A DNA stretch of 28,184 nucleotides from a virus, in IMG/VR virus record IMGVR_UViG_3300012211_000009; one strand, given 5' to 3'. The notes beneath the pieces were generated by a model, which was not told the origin of the DNA, did no database searches, and saw only the letters and a program-made list of their open reading frames with translations. Shown in pieces: positions 7,115 to 16,769 of the stretch; the stretch's first letter is position 1; the number at the start of each line of letters is the position of its first letter. The translations under genes were made by a program, and so were the position numbers.

Positions 7115-7416
7115 TAAATTAAATTAACGGTGGTTACGTTACCGCCAGCATTCGTGGCTACATAAATAAGATGATAGCCTGGGTCATTACTGACTACCCA
7201 GATTAAATCACCAACTTTTAAGTATCCGCTAGCACCATTGAAATAGTTAGCGGCAACCGTTTGAGCTGTAGAATTATTGGCAGCTGCAGCACTTGCATTA
7301 AATGTCCACATTTCAATGGCTATGCCTGAAGCTGAACCCGTTGCTGCATTATAAGTTCTTTCAAATTGATTCTGAGATAATTCGATTTTTGCTAAATAAT
7401 CTAATGAAAACGCCAT
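7114..7416 (-). CDS. Virion structural protein, stand-alone putative head-decoration domain, 100 aa
   Basis: MAF...AANYFN...LKVGDLIWV; paralogous to the N-termini of the proteins at 19918-20610 and 22083-23558. Confidence 0.6.
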   Translation of the reverse strand: MAFSLDYLAKIELSQNQFERTYNAATGSASGIAIEMWTFNASAAAANNSTAQTVAANYFNGASGYLKVGDLIWVVSNDPGYHLIYVATNAGGNVTTVNLI

Positions 7417-7418
7417 GA

Positions 7419-7784
7419 CTAATGTCCTCCTTTGTGTTCGCCTTTTGGATATGCCTTCCTTGGTTGAGCCGGAACTTCTTTCCTAGGATTCTTTCCTTCA
7501 GGAAATTTAAAGTTTAACTTATGATTACTATCTCCTATAACCCCTTTTGCTTCTCTAGGGTTAACGGATGAGCCAACATAATCATTAAACTCAGTTCTCA
7601 TGGTATGCTCAATCAATCTATCTTTTGCATGAGTGCTCTGATGCATTCTGGCACCCGTTCCTGGCATGACAGAACTCCCTTTGTTCATATCTATTGCAAA
7701 TTCACTGGTATATTGCATATCTTTAGCGAACTGAGGCTCTTGACAGTCATGATATGAATTTGCACCCTTGTTCTTTAAAGCCAT
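7419..7784 (-). CDS. Hypothetical low-complexity protein with basic C-terminus, 121 aa
   Basis: GGAGG RBS 5 nt before ATG 7784 (MALKNKG) is preferred over the track start at 7841. Confidence 0.6.
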   Translation of the reverse strand: MALKNKGANSYHDCQEPQFAKDMQYTSEFAIDMNKGSSVMPGTGARMHQSTHAKDRLIEHTMRTEFNDYVGSSVNPREAKGVIGDSNHKLNFKFPEGKNPRKEVPAQPRKAYPKGEHKGGH

Positions 7785-7785
7785 A

Positions 7786-7965
7786 TTATCCTCCGATATG
7801 ACCGCTATTGGGTCTTTGCCTATGAAGCTTAATATGCTCATCGCCTAAGTTATTAGGTTGAGCAGTCATATAAGATTTAGGAAATCTTACGAAGTCCTTC
7901 GTCTTATATTTTTGTTCAAGCATGTTGTCATAAGCTTCTACAATGCTATGTCCTTCTTTTCTCAT
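7786..7965 (-). CDS. Small hypothetical protein, 59 aa (not in the ORF track)
   Basis: AGGAG RBS, then MRKEGHSIVEAYDNMLEQKY...SGHIGG; fills the gap between its neighbours exactly. Confidence 0.6.
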   Translation of the reverse strand: MRKEGHSIVEAYDNMLEQKYKTKDFVRFPKSYMTAQPNNLGDEHIKLHRQRPNSGHIGG

Positions 7966-8211
7966 TTAAATCTCCTTTTTGGGGTGTCCAGCCCAGTAGA
8001 ATGGATTTTCTTTATGTGCGCCCGCTCTATCTAAGGCTTTGCTATAGATGTTAAGAGTGGGGGGCGCATGGTTTTTAGCATTATTTCCTACTTCCATATC
8101 TGAACCAAGACTCTTTCTGAGCATTGGACTATCAGACATGCTACTAGGATGAACCATATGATTTTTCACTTCACCAAATGGTTGCTTTTGGTTAACCAAA
8201 TCTGATTTCAT
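7966..8211 (-). CDS. Small hypothetical protein, 81 aa
   Basis: AGGAG RBS; ATGA coupling with the upstream 51-aa gene. Confidence 0.6.
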   Translation of the reverse strand: MKSDLVNQKQPFGEVKNHMVHPSSMSDSPMLRKSLGSDMEVGNNAKNHAPPTLNIYSKALDRAGAHKENPFYWAGHPKKEI

Positions 8212-8363
8212 TTCTTGTCTCCTTTCTTTGGAATTTTAGCTCCAGAACGGCGAGCCTCACTTAAGGCGATTGCTACACTCTGTTTTTGCGATTTTCCATG
8301 TTCCATCTCGGTCTTTATATTGGATGAAATGGTTTTTTTTGAACTACCTTTTTTCAGCGGCAT
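8208..8363 (-). CDS. Small basic phage protein, 51 aa (not in the ORF track)
   Basis: MPLKKGSSKKTISSNIKTEMEHGKSQKQSVAIALSEARRSGAKIPKKGDKK; AAGGAG RBS. The MPLKKG...TIS.NI.....G..QKQ.VAIAL pattern is one I recognise from small phage hypothetical proteins. Confidence 0.75.
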   Translation of the reverse strand: MPLKKGSSKKTISSNIKTEMEHGKSQKQSVAIALSEARRSGAKIPKKGDKK

Positions 8364-8372
8364 ATAATCTCC

Positions 8373-10076
8373 TTAAGTTAAATCAATATCTGCTGCCCAA
8401 TGAATACCCATTCTAGAACCGACAACTGTCCCCGCATTTCCAGTATAAGACATTGCAAACTGTTTCTCATTTGCATTTATAACGGTTGTAACTGTTACAT
8501 CTCCGGGCGCCGTCTCATCTCTGATCTGAGCATTTGCAGCTGCAGGATTGTAGGTAGTAACAGCGGGGGTTGCTCTCATAGATCGCGGAAAGCTAATGCT
8601 GGGAGCAGTGCTTGGATTTGCACCCGCCGTTCCTGCTAAAAATATTGTTTCACCGCTCAGCGCCCCTACGTTCTGGGCAGGAGCCGTTCCATAGCCAAAT
8701 GTTTTAAAATAAAAGTATTGGCATTCAATTAATTCTTGAGCAAATGGCTTTCTTTCATATGGCGTTTGATTTGGGCTTATCTCTAATTGAACATCTGTAA
8801 CATCAAAGTAATCATTAGCACCCGCAACCCCTACTGGAGTGTAGTTAAATGCAACCGCTAACTGAGTAATGTTGGCAGCTAATGGAGCGCTTGTTACCCT
8901 AAATTCAGTTAAAGCTGCCGTCAAGGTTACTACTGGACCTGCTACAATTGCAGATCCGGTAAATCCCGTTGTAAAAGCAGATACATCATTTACTCCGGTC
9001 CCGGTATAGACTTGAGCTGTTAACGCGCTTCCCGCAGATGAAAAATTAGCGCCTGCCCTGGCCTTAAATGATAAGGTGACCCTATTTCCTGCTGCTCCTA
9101 TACACATGTTTCGAGTAAGAGTTGTTCCGCAACCTGTTGCATTAACCCCAGCATTGGCTGCATCTCTTTGATACCTTAAAAGATAAGAACCGCTTGTAGC
9201 ACCCGCTACTTGAGTTACAGTAATTGAAACCCCAGCCCCTGATATTGCTTGCCATCTATCCGCTGTATATCCATTACCTATCCCAATAGCAAAAACAGCA
9301 GATCCACCTGCACCACGCTGACAAATCTGAAAATCACCATTAATAATTCGATTTTTACCAGGTATAGTGGCTACTCTTTGCTGACCTGCACCATCTGTAG
9401 TAATGGCATCACCAAGACTACCATCAACCGTTGGGGTGCTATAAATAGAGCTCGCTAAGTTTCCTGCGGTATTGGTAAAATATGCAATCTTGTTGGCTAC
9501 TGTAGGCAACGTTATGGTACCGCCTCCTCCAGTAAAACTCGTCACTGCTACAATGGCTGTATTGGCATTATTCTTCATCCAAACGCAGTTAGGTGGCAAC
9601 ACAGGCAAATAAGTATCTACCCCTGCACTTAAGGGACCTATATTCTGATTAATAGCATCATTGGTATTATAATGAGGAGCTATAACCCTCTCAAACATAG
9701 TATTTGTTTGAGCCATCATTACGGTTCTGTCAAAATCTGTATTAAATTGGGTTGCCGACCATTGACCGCCATCTAGATAATTCACTAGTCTATTTTCGGG
9801 CATATTTCTAATAATGGTAATAATATCGCCTGCTGTCGCTCCCACATTAAGGGTTATGGTTCCTCCAACTGCTGGTGCTACATTGTTGGTTACCGTATAA
9901 TTCGCTACATAAATGAGTAATTGTGTTGAATCATTAGCTATAGTGGTTGCAGCTCTTTGAAATACTATTAAATCTGTATTGGCATAAATAGGAAAAGGAT
10001 AGGGAAAGACAGTTTGTCCGCCTGCTGCTACTAGTTGTATCCTTGGGTTTATATCTTGTAAGACAATATCTGCCAT
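8373..10076 (-). CDS. Tail fibre / receptor-binding protein, 567 aa
   Basis: N-terminal T7 gp17-like tail-attachment segment (GGQTVFPYPFPIYANTDLIVF ... GDIITIIR); C-terminal GKNRIINGDFQICQRG ... YTADRW ... DVQLE ... QELIECQYFY domain typical of fibre tips; follows the internal proteins. Confidence 0.8.
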   Translation of the reverse strand: MADIVLQDINPRIQLVAAGGQTVFPYPFPIYANTDLIVFQRAATTIANDSTQLLIYVANYTVTNNVAPAVGGTITLNVGATAGDIITIIRNMPENRLVNYLDGGQWSATQFNTDFDRTVMMAQTNTMFERVIAPHYNTNDAINQNIGPLSAGVDTYLPVLPPNCVWMKNNANTAIVAVTSFTGGGGTITLPTVANKIAYFTNTAGNLASSIYSTPTVDGSLGDAITTDGAGQQRVATIPGKNRIINGDFQICQRGAGGSAVFAIGIGNGYTADRWQAISGAGVSITVTQVAGATSGSYLLRYQRDAANAGVNATGCGTTLTRNMCIGAAGNRVTLSFKARAGANFSSAGSALTAQVYTGTGVNDVSAFTTGFTGSAIVAGPVVTLTAALTEFRVTSAPLAANITQLAVAFNYTPVGVAGANDYFDVTDVQLEISPNQTPYERKPFAQELIECQYFYFKTFGYGTAPAQNVGALSGETIFLAGTAGANPSTAPSISFPRSMRATPAVTTYNPAAANAQIRDETAPGDVTVTTVINANEKQFAMSYTGNAGTVVGSRMGIHWAADIDLT

Positions 10077-10108
10077 TTTGCTCTCCTTTGCATAATTAGT
10101 TTAGCATC

Positions 10109-13100
10109 TTATTCGGAAACTGTTCCTCTTTTTTGCGGCAAACTTAAGGTATCTACCCACTGATTTGTTAATTTCCTTAGATAAAAAGCATTCATAAAGG
10201 GAATCAGCCTAATCAGTTTCTTAACATCACTCTCTGTCATTTGTCCAGAGATGGCTGAGTTTACTAAATCCATGCCCATTTGCCCCAGCCCACCGAGCGG
10301 TCCTAATACCATCTCTGAAAAGCTTTTCTTTTTGTATCTATGTGGAGCAAAAGGCAAGTCGAATGCAGCTAATAATCTGGCTGGTACATCACCATATATT
10401 CCAAGCACACCAGAGTTGAAGAAAGCTTCTTTGAACAAAGTGTCTGGGTTCATGTCTACTTCTTGACCAGCTGCCAATTGCCTCATTGGCCCAACCATGG
10501 ATGCTGCAGACATCATTAGCAGCATACTCACTACCTTTTCAGCATCTGGCCTTTGCAGTAGAGGTAGAAGATAATTAGATGTTGCCCCAAAACTCCAGGA
10601 CATAAATTGAGTCATGGAAGCTATGACTGGGTTTCTCATTGAGAATGGTAAGTCAAGCATATTTGGCTTGCTAATTACCATGTCTACTTCTTTACTCAAA
10701 GCAGATCTAAATGCTTGGGATGCGTCAAAATCTTTCCATTTTCTGAAGTTGTTAGTATATGAGCCATCTATTCTCTCACCAATTCCAGGTGTGTTAAACT
10801 CATTCATTATTCTTTTGCCCCACTTATCAGGGTCAAGTCTTATCTCTCCTAGATATTCTATTTCTTTTTGAGTAAGTTTCTTTCCGGCAGTATATTTTTC
10901 CATTAATCTAAGTATTTTAGCCTGAGCAATATTCGCCGCCACACTCTTATTAAAATCCGTTAATTGATTGACCAAAAACAAGTTTCCAGATATCTTTGCA
11001 GCATTAGATAATACCTTTTCAGGAACAGTTTTATCAGGATAATAACCGCCATCTCCCCATATTCTATCCATATGATTGCCAAGGGCGGTTTCAACTGCAA
11101 TACCCGCATCTGCGAAGTCTTGCTTTCTTAAGGTTTTATTGTTTATTAAATACTTTAAGGTCGGAATTAGTCCATCTTTAACATATGTCCATGGACCTGC
11201 CTTGAATATAGGCGCAAAAGTTTCCGGGAGGGCTACCAATAACACAGCCCCCCTCATTGTTGATGCCGCTAAATCTCTTTGAGACTTCAATACTCTAGAT
11301 AAAGTTGTGCTTCTGTCCGTGTAATTACCCCAAAACACACTATTTGAATCATTTATATCAGACAATGTTTTCTCAAAACTTTTATCTATTTTTCTAATTG
11401 CATCATCCCTTTCCTTTGTTTTTGGCGTATCTACAAGTCTTTCTGTTGGTGTATATTCTGGTAAAGCAGCTTGCTCTGGAGACATTCCTTTTTTTACATT
11501 TTCATCTATTGCTTTAGCTCTTTCAGCTTCTGGAATAACTTCTATTCTTTTTAAGACTGACTGTCTTTTAGCTTCTTTTTCAGAGATTAATTTTGCAATA
11601 AATTCTTCTTTACCATTTTCAGCACTTATTCCATATTTAGAAAAGAAGTCATGAAGCCCAAGTTTTCTTGAAGAGAACCCTGTGTAAACAGAAAGCACCT
11701 TTTCTAAGTCATTAACTAAGAACTTCTCAAAACCAAACCCAACATCTGGAAGCATCACAGTTCTTTCTTTTAATGGGTTAACTCCTCCCCTTTCATATGC
11801 TCCAAATGCTTCAGCCATTACTTGCTCATCTTTCTGAAGCATAAGGCTTGTATGATAACTTTTGGCTACCTTATACCACTCAGTTTCTGGAATATGAGTA
11901 GATAGCCATGGCTTTTTTTCTTGGTCTATTAGATGATATTTTATTTCTCCAGGCTTATTGGAGGGATAGGTTGTATAAAACAAACCTTCATTAACCTCTC
12001 CTCTAGCCATCTTATCGTTTAACGCTTGTTTTTCTCTCTTTATGGCTTCTTTCGCGGCTCTCTTTTCAGAAGATGTTTTAGCTGACTTTAGCGCTTCCTC
12101 TGCCTCTCTTAAAGGTTTAACCAACTCTTTGTATTGCACTTCTTGAGCCAAGTCTAGGTTTGATCTTCCTTCTGTATATAAAGGTTTTATCTCACCACTA
12201 TCTATCTTGGATTGAATGTCGCCTCTTATAGACTCTTCTTGCGAGGTAAGCTCTTTCAGTCTGGATTCTAAAGATTTTAGTGTCTCTGGATTAGACTTAG
12301 AAGCTTTAATATCTTCCTTAAGACTATTGATAGAAGCTTGATGTATTTTTAACGGAGCTTCTAGGTTGAACAGCTCTTCATTTCTATGCTTAAGAAAACT
12401 TGTTACACAGTCAATGAACTCATTTTCATTAACGGATAGAGTATCTCTATCCCATATTCTTGTGAAATAACTTTCGGCTGTCTTAGGTTTTATTCCAGGC
12501 TTTAGGATGTTTCTATCCGTAAATTGATTATAAATTTTATCCATTAACTCAACGCGTGTATGTAATGCTATTTGTTGAGCAAGTGGATTGTCGGACTTTT
12601 CTCCAGAGCGTAATGCATTACAAGCCTCTTCGGATACTTTATCCCATGGGTTTGTTTTCTCAAAGTGGCTTCTTATGTCTTTTAGTGGGCCTTTCATGTC
12701 TAAACTGTCGTAATACATGTTCCTAGCATCATTGAGAACGCTATCTTTTAATGACATCCACGTTATAAGCTTTCTTTCAGCGGATGTTTCTGGAATAATT
12801 CCCTGTTTAATTCCGTTTGTAATATAAGAGTTATCGAATACTCCTAGTGCCCACTCACGAGCCGCTTGATAATCGGAAGTTAAAAGTCTTGAGTTAGGAG
12901 AAAATTTAGTAGCTAATTTAAAGAATGCATTTTCTCCAAAATCTGCTATTCCTTCATTGACTACATGTTGTAAATCTTTTACAGCAGCTGCACCGACACT
13001 AGAGCCTGGATTTGCTTCAGCCTTATAATCTTTGAATGTTCCATCTGGATTTAAATCAGCCTTGAAGCTTATATCTTCATCTATTGCATTCAATATCTTG

Positions 13101-13762
13101 GTTTGCTTAGATATAGTGCGCGCATCTCCTAAAGATTTTATTCCACCAGATAAAACAGAGCCGACAACAGCGCCTGTTAAAGTGTTCCAGATCCAATCCT
13201 GTTTGTCTTTGGTTTCTTGAGATGCAACTATTACAGCCTCTGATAATCCTGTCGCTAAAGCCATTTGAGGAGCCGCTTTTATAGTATTCTTTATGAACCC
13301 AGCTCCAAGCTTTGCATATTTTAACTGTCCATATACGGGAAGCAAATTAATTGGATCTATAGCGCCCGCCACAAGACTGCCTGCTAATCGTCCAACAAAG
13401 CCACCTCTACCTATTCTTTGGTCTAAATCTATCTGCTCACCTATCCTAGTTTGAATAATCTGTAGCTCTTTTGGAGTATTAGCTTTTGCTAATTCTGGCC
13501 AATATTGTTTTGGGATCCCAACAATGGATTGCTCATTTAAAGCTTTCCAGTCGTCTGGGACATCTTCGTCTCCGGGAGCAGGAGCCGCCAAATTCTTGTC
13601 ATTGATATAATTTATTGCTGTATATACACTATTTTCTCGTTTAAATATATTTTTTACTGTTTCTGTAAATCCTATAGATGGTTTTTCTTCAAAGATAGGT
13701 TGGACTTGCTGGAATCCAATTGGAGTTTCATCTGGGAGTACAACATGATCTAACCTGGCCAT
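10109..13762 (-). CDS. Large internal virion (DNA ejection) protein, T7 gp16 positional analogue, 1217 aa
   Basis: Size, helical composition and position as the last of three genes between tail tube B and the fibre. Confidence 0.7.
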   Translation of the reverse strand: MARLDHVVLPDETPIGFQQVQPIFEEKPSIGFTETVKNIFKRENSVYTAINYINDKNLAAPAPGDEDVPDDWKALNEQSIVGIPKQYWPELAKANTPKELQIIQTRIGEQIDLDQRIGRGGFVGRLAGSLVAGAIDPINLLPVYGQLKYAKLGAGFIKNTIKAAPQMALATGLSEAVIVASQETKDKQDWIWNTLTGAVVGSVLSGGIKSLGDARTISKQTKILNAIDEDISFKADLNPDGTFKDYKAEANPGSSVGAAAVKDLQHVVNEGIADFGENAFFKLATKFSPNSRLLTSDYQAAREWALGVFDNSYITNGIKQGIIPETSAERKLITWMSLKDSVLNDARNMYYDSLDMKGPLKDIRSHFEKTNPWDKVSEEACNALRSGEKSDNPLAQQIALHTRVELMDKIYNQFTDRNILKPGIKPKTAESYFTRIWDRDTLSVNENEFIDCVTSFLKHRNEELFNLEAPLKIHQASINSLKEDIKASKSNPETLKSLESRLKELTSQEESIRGDIQSKIDSGEIKPLYTEGRSNLDLAQEVQYKELVKPLREAEEALKSAKTSSEKRAAKEAIKREKQALNDKMARGEVNEGLFYTTYPSNKPGEIKYHLIDQEKKPWLSTHIPETEWYKVAKSYHTSLMLQKDEQVMAEAFGAYERGGVNPLKERTVMLPDVGFGFEKFLVNDLEKVLSVYTGFSSRKLGLHDFFSKYGISAENGKEEFIAKLISEKEAKRQSVLKRIEVIPEAERAKAIDENVKKGMSPEQAALPEYTPTERLVDTPKTKERDDAIRKIDKSFEKTLSDINDSNSVFWGNYTDRSTTLSRVLKSQRDLAASTMRGAVLLVALPETFAPIFKAGPWTYVKDGLIPTLKYLINNKTLRKQDFADAGIAVETALGNHMDRIWGDGGYYPDKTVPEKVLSNAAKISGNLFLVNQLTDFNKSVAANIAQAKILRLMEKYTAGKKLTQKEIEYLGEIRLDPDKWGKRIMNEFNTPGIGERIDGSYTNNFRKWKDFDASQAFRSALSKEVDMVISKPNMLDLPFSMRNPVIASMTQFMSWSFGATSNYLLPLLQRPDAEKVVSMLLMMSAASMVGPMRQLAAGQEVDMNPDTLFKEAFFNSGVLGIYGDVPARLLAAFDLPFAPHRYKKKSFSEMVLGPLGGLGQMGMDLVNSAISGQMTESDVKKLIRLIPFMNAFYLRKLTNQWVDTLSLPQKRGTVSE

Positions 13763-16188
13763 TTAAACCTTCCTTGCTCATCAACAAACCCAGATAACAC
13801 GCCATATTTATAAAAATGATTCATTCTTACTCTTCTTTTAGTTTCGTCTATTTTACCAAGAGCCGCCTCCTCATTAATTCTATCTATTTCTTTCTTTATC
13901 TGTTCAGGCGTCATATTTGCTGTATTATTAATAGCTTCAACATTAGGCTGGAACCTTAATGCAACTCTAGGGTTAGTTGGATCTGAAAGCATGGTTCTAT
14001 TATCACCAATTTGCATTTCTAAGAAATAATTAGGTGTAATTCCTCCATCCTCTGGGAGACCTGATTTCTGATCTGAAGACATCATCAAATACCCTTTGTC
14101 GGTATCTGTTACTTTTCCATTAGCACCGGAATGTCTAGTTATTCCAACTCTCTTCTCAGAGTATATAGGAAACAGCAATCTATCTTTCTCGGTTACCTCG
14201 CCTTTCTGAACATTAACAATTCCACGATAAAAAGCTTTCATTAGATCATCTTGATTTTCTATCAAAGATTCTTTGTCGATTGTGTAATAAACAGAAGATA
14301 ATCCTTGATCGAAGGCTTCTTTTCCCTGCTGGAAGTCATATGCAGCTTTTTCAATCATTTGGTTTCTAATAAAGGGTGTTCCGTCGCTACCATAAATATT
14401 AAACAAATCAGGAGCTAAATACATAACCTCTTTAAAGCCATTTATATCAGTTTCTTTATATGTTCTTCTTATGTTTCTAGAGGTTAGTTCATTTGCTGTA
14501 TTCCAGTCACCTGTTGACATGAAGTTAGCTTGATGCTGCGCCTTAAAAACTTCACCAAAGCCAGGGGGAAGTCTTGAGCCAGAGCTGAAATCACATAAGT
14601 TAGTAGCGAAATTAGTAAGATTTTTAAAGTCTTTAAGATTATTACTTCCTGCTTGAGCACCAGTTAACTTGTCATAGCGATTAGATCTCTCAATCATCTT
14701 GTTATCATCAAGCTCTAGTATAGCTTGTTGAGCCTGCAAATTAGCTTCTAACTCTTGTGTGCCACCTTGTTTCAAATTCTTAGCTAACACTGCTATTTTG
14801 TCAGCATCATTATCTATCTTAGCCATTGACACAGGATTGTTTTCAGATAGCTTGTTATAAGAAGCTATTGCTTCTGATGCGACTCTTGGATCTTTAGATT
14901 TAATACCAGATGATAACTTATCACTCAAAGAAGTAATCGGAGCTTTAATGCCTTCTGCTAATTGAGCTTGTGCTGTTAATGGCATGGCATTAACATCTAT
15001 GCCTAGATTTTTTGCACCTACACCCAATATTTTTTGGAATACTGTATTTACTTGATCATTAGAATATTTAGACATCTGAACTGCATCATCAAGAACCGGG
15101 GTCATTTCAGCTGATAATGCAGCTTCTTTATTTATTTTTGTTTGTTGAGTTGCAATACTACTATTTAATTTTGCAGCATAACGAGGACCCATTGTTTCAG
15201 CAGCATTGTTAACATCTTCTGGCGATAATGTTCCGAGCGTTCTCTTTGCTTCAGCATTGGTATAATTTATGTATCTTTGACCCTCTAGCGCGCCCTGATA
15301 GTTAGAATTAAAATTTTGTAGGTTTCCAATAACCCTATCTTGTTGAACCCTATTTAATCCTTTTAAAAAGACATGATTATCAGGATTCTTTCTGATATCG
15401 GCCATTAATTCTGGCTTTTCACCTTCTGGAGTATTTAAGTATTGATACTGACCCATACTCTCTTGATAGAGCTCTGTTTCGCTTTTAATTGCGTTCTCTA
15501 GAGTCTGAGAATCCCATCCTTTGTCAGCAGCTACCATTGAGATTTGTTTTATTCTTTGATCAAAGAATTCTTTTCCGGCATCAAATTTTCCATCTCTATT
15601 AGCTGATATCATGTTCTCGCTAGTAGAAACTGCCTGAGATGCCATTTGTTTATCAAGATATCTTCTATTAGCTTCTTCTACTTTATGACTTAATTTAGAA
15701 AATCCATCTTCGTAAACGTCTTCTAGGTAACGCTTAAGAACTGTTTTATTCGACACATCAGAATTAGAAATAATGTCATTAATAGTATCTTTTGAACTTT
15801 TTTCATATTTATCTAGAGATAAACCTGTTGGGTTCGGATCCTTTGCGACTTCATCAAACATCTTCCTTATGGCTTGAGTTCCTCTATACTGAAGAACCTG
15901 GCCTTCTTCTTCTTTATAAGCCTTGTTGAATTCTTGATCTGCTTTAGTAAAAGAAGGCCATAAACTTCTTCCTGGATTTTGAGCAGCATCTATACCTCTT
16001 TCCTGAGCAGCTTGATTAGAAGCATTCTGTGCCAACTGAGAACCGAAATTTGCTAACGCTTCATATGCTCCTCCTATAGCTGCAAATGGTGCTGCTATTG
16101 ATGGCAAATGTGGAGGCTGAATAGAACTTTGCTCTGTCGCCGGCTTAATTACTTCTTTTTTTTCATACTCAGGAAAATCTCTAGCCAT
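13750..16188 (-). CDS. Internal virion protein, T7 gp15 positional analogue, 812 aa
   Basis: Helical, Ala/Gln/Lys-rich; synteny. Confidence 0.65.
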   Translation of the reverse strand: MARDFPEYEKKEVIKPATEQSSIQPPHLPSIAAPFAAIGGAYEALANFGSQLAQNASNQAAQERGIDAAQNPGRSLWPSFTKADQEFNKAYKEEEGQVLQYRGTQAIRKMFDEVAKDPNPTGLSLDKYEKSSKDTINDIISNSDVSNKTVLKRYLEDVYEDGFSKLSHKVEEANRRYLDKQMASQAVSTSENMISANRDGKFDAGKEFFDQRIKQISMVAADKGWDSQTLENAIKSETELYQESMGQYQYLNTPEGEKPELMADIRKNPDNHVFLKGLNRVQQDRVIGNLQNFNSNYQGALEGQRYINYTNAEAKRTLGTLSPEDVNNAAETMGPRYAAKLNSSIATQQTKINKEAALSAEMTPVLDDAVQMSKYSNDQVNTVFQKILGVGAKNLGIDVNAMPLTAQAQLAEGIKAPITSLSDKLSSGIKSKDPRVASEAIASYNKLSENNPVSMAKIDNDADKIAVLAKNLKQGGTQELEANLQAQQAILELDDNKMIERSNRYDKLTGAQAGSNNLKDFKNLTNFATNLCDFSSGSRLPPGFGEVFKAQHQANFMSTGDWNTANELTSRNIRRTYKETDINGFKEVMYLAPDLFNIYGSDGTPFIRNQMIEKAAYDFQQGKEAFDQGLSSVYYTIDKESLIENQDDLMKAFYRGIVNVQKGEVTEKDRLLFPIYSEKRVGITRHSGANGKVTDTDKGYLMMSSDQKSGLPEDGGITPNYFLEMQIGDNRTMLSDPTNPRVALRFQPNVEAINNTANMTPEQIKKEIDRINEEAALGKIDETKRRVRMNHFYKYGVLSGFVDEQGRFKWPG

Positions 16189-16190
16189 GT

Positions 16191-16769
16191 TTAAGCTCCC
16201 CCAAATGGATTCTCACCAAAGGCGTTAAAGCTAAACATATTCATGCCCTTCATCATGAGGTTAGCTCCACTTTGAGCCTTTCTGGCAGTTCGACCCATCT
16301 TAATACCCGACATCTTGCTAATCGATTCTAAATTAAAATTACTTTGTTGAAGCTTTAATAGAGACTTTCCGCTCTTAATCTTATTTTCCGCAAAGAGTTT
16401 AGATAGGTTTCTTGCCCTTTCATCTGCGCCAAATGCATTTAAGCTCTTATTCGTAATAGCGCCCGCAGAACCAACCCCTGGCATCTGGCCTCTAGCTGAG
16501 AAGATAGCCCGTTGGGTTGCCATCACCTCCCTTAATCTTTCCGTATCAAACAGAGCTTGCTGAGAGAACGCTAATTGCTCTTCTTGCATTCTGGTATCCA
16601 GCTGTCTCTGAGCATTCTCGAATTGTAAATTTGCTGATTGCATTTGATGCTGAACCCCTAAGATATCCAGCTTTTCACCAATGCGAGCAAATTTCTCAGC
16701 CCTTCTTTCGGCATACATGCTCATGCCGATCCCAGCAGCTTGTGCAGCTAAAAGCATAAATGGCAGCAT
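16191..16769 (-). CDS. Internal virion protein, T7 gp14 positional analogue, 192 aa
   Basis: Hydrophobic Gly/Ala N-terminus, Gln-rich coiled coil, RAIFSARGQMPGVGSA; immediately after tail tube B. Confidence 0.65.
   Translation of the reverse strand: MLPFMLLAAQAAGIGMSMYAERRAEKFARIGEKLDILGVQHQMQSANLQFENAQRQLDTRMQEEQLAFSQQALFDTERLREVMATQRAIFSARGQMPGVGSAGAITNKSLNAFGADERARNLSKLFAENKIKSGKSLLKLQQSNFNLESISKMSGIKMGRTARKAQSGANLMMKGMNMFSFNAFGENPFGGA

Noticed and set aside
8373-10076. Diversity-generating retroelement targeting the tail fibre (as in Bordetella BPP-1)
   Set aside because: No reverse transcriptase and no template/variable repeat pair differing at adenines was seen by eye in the window.
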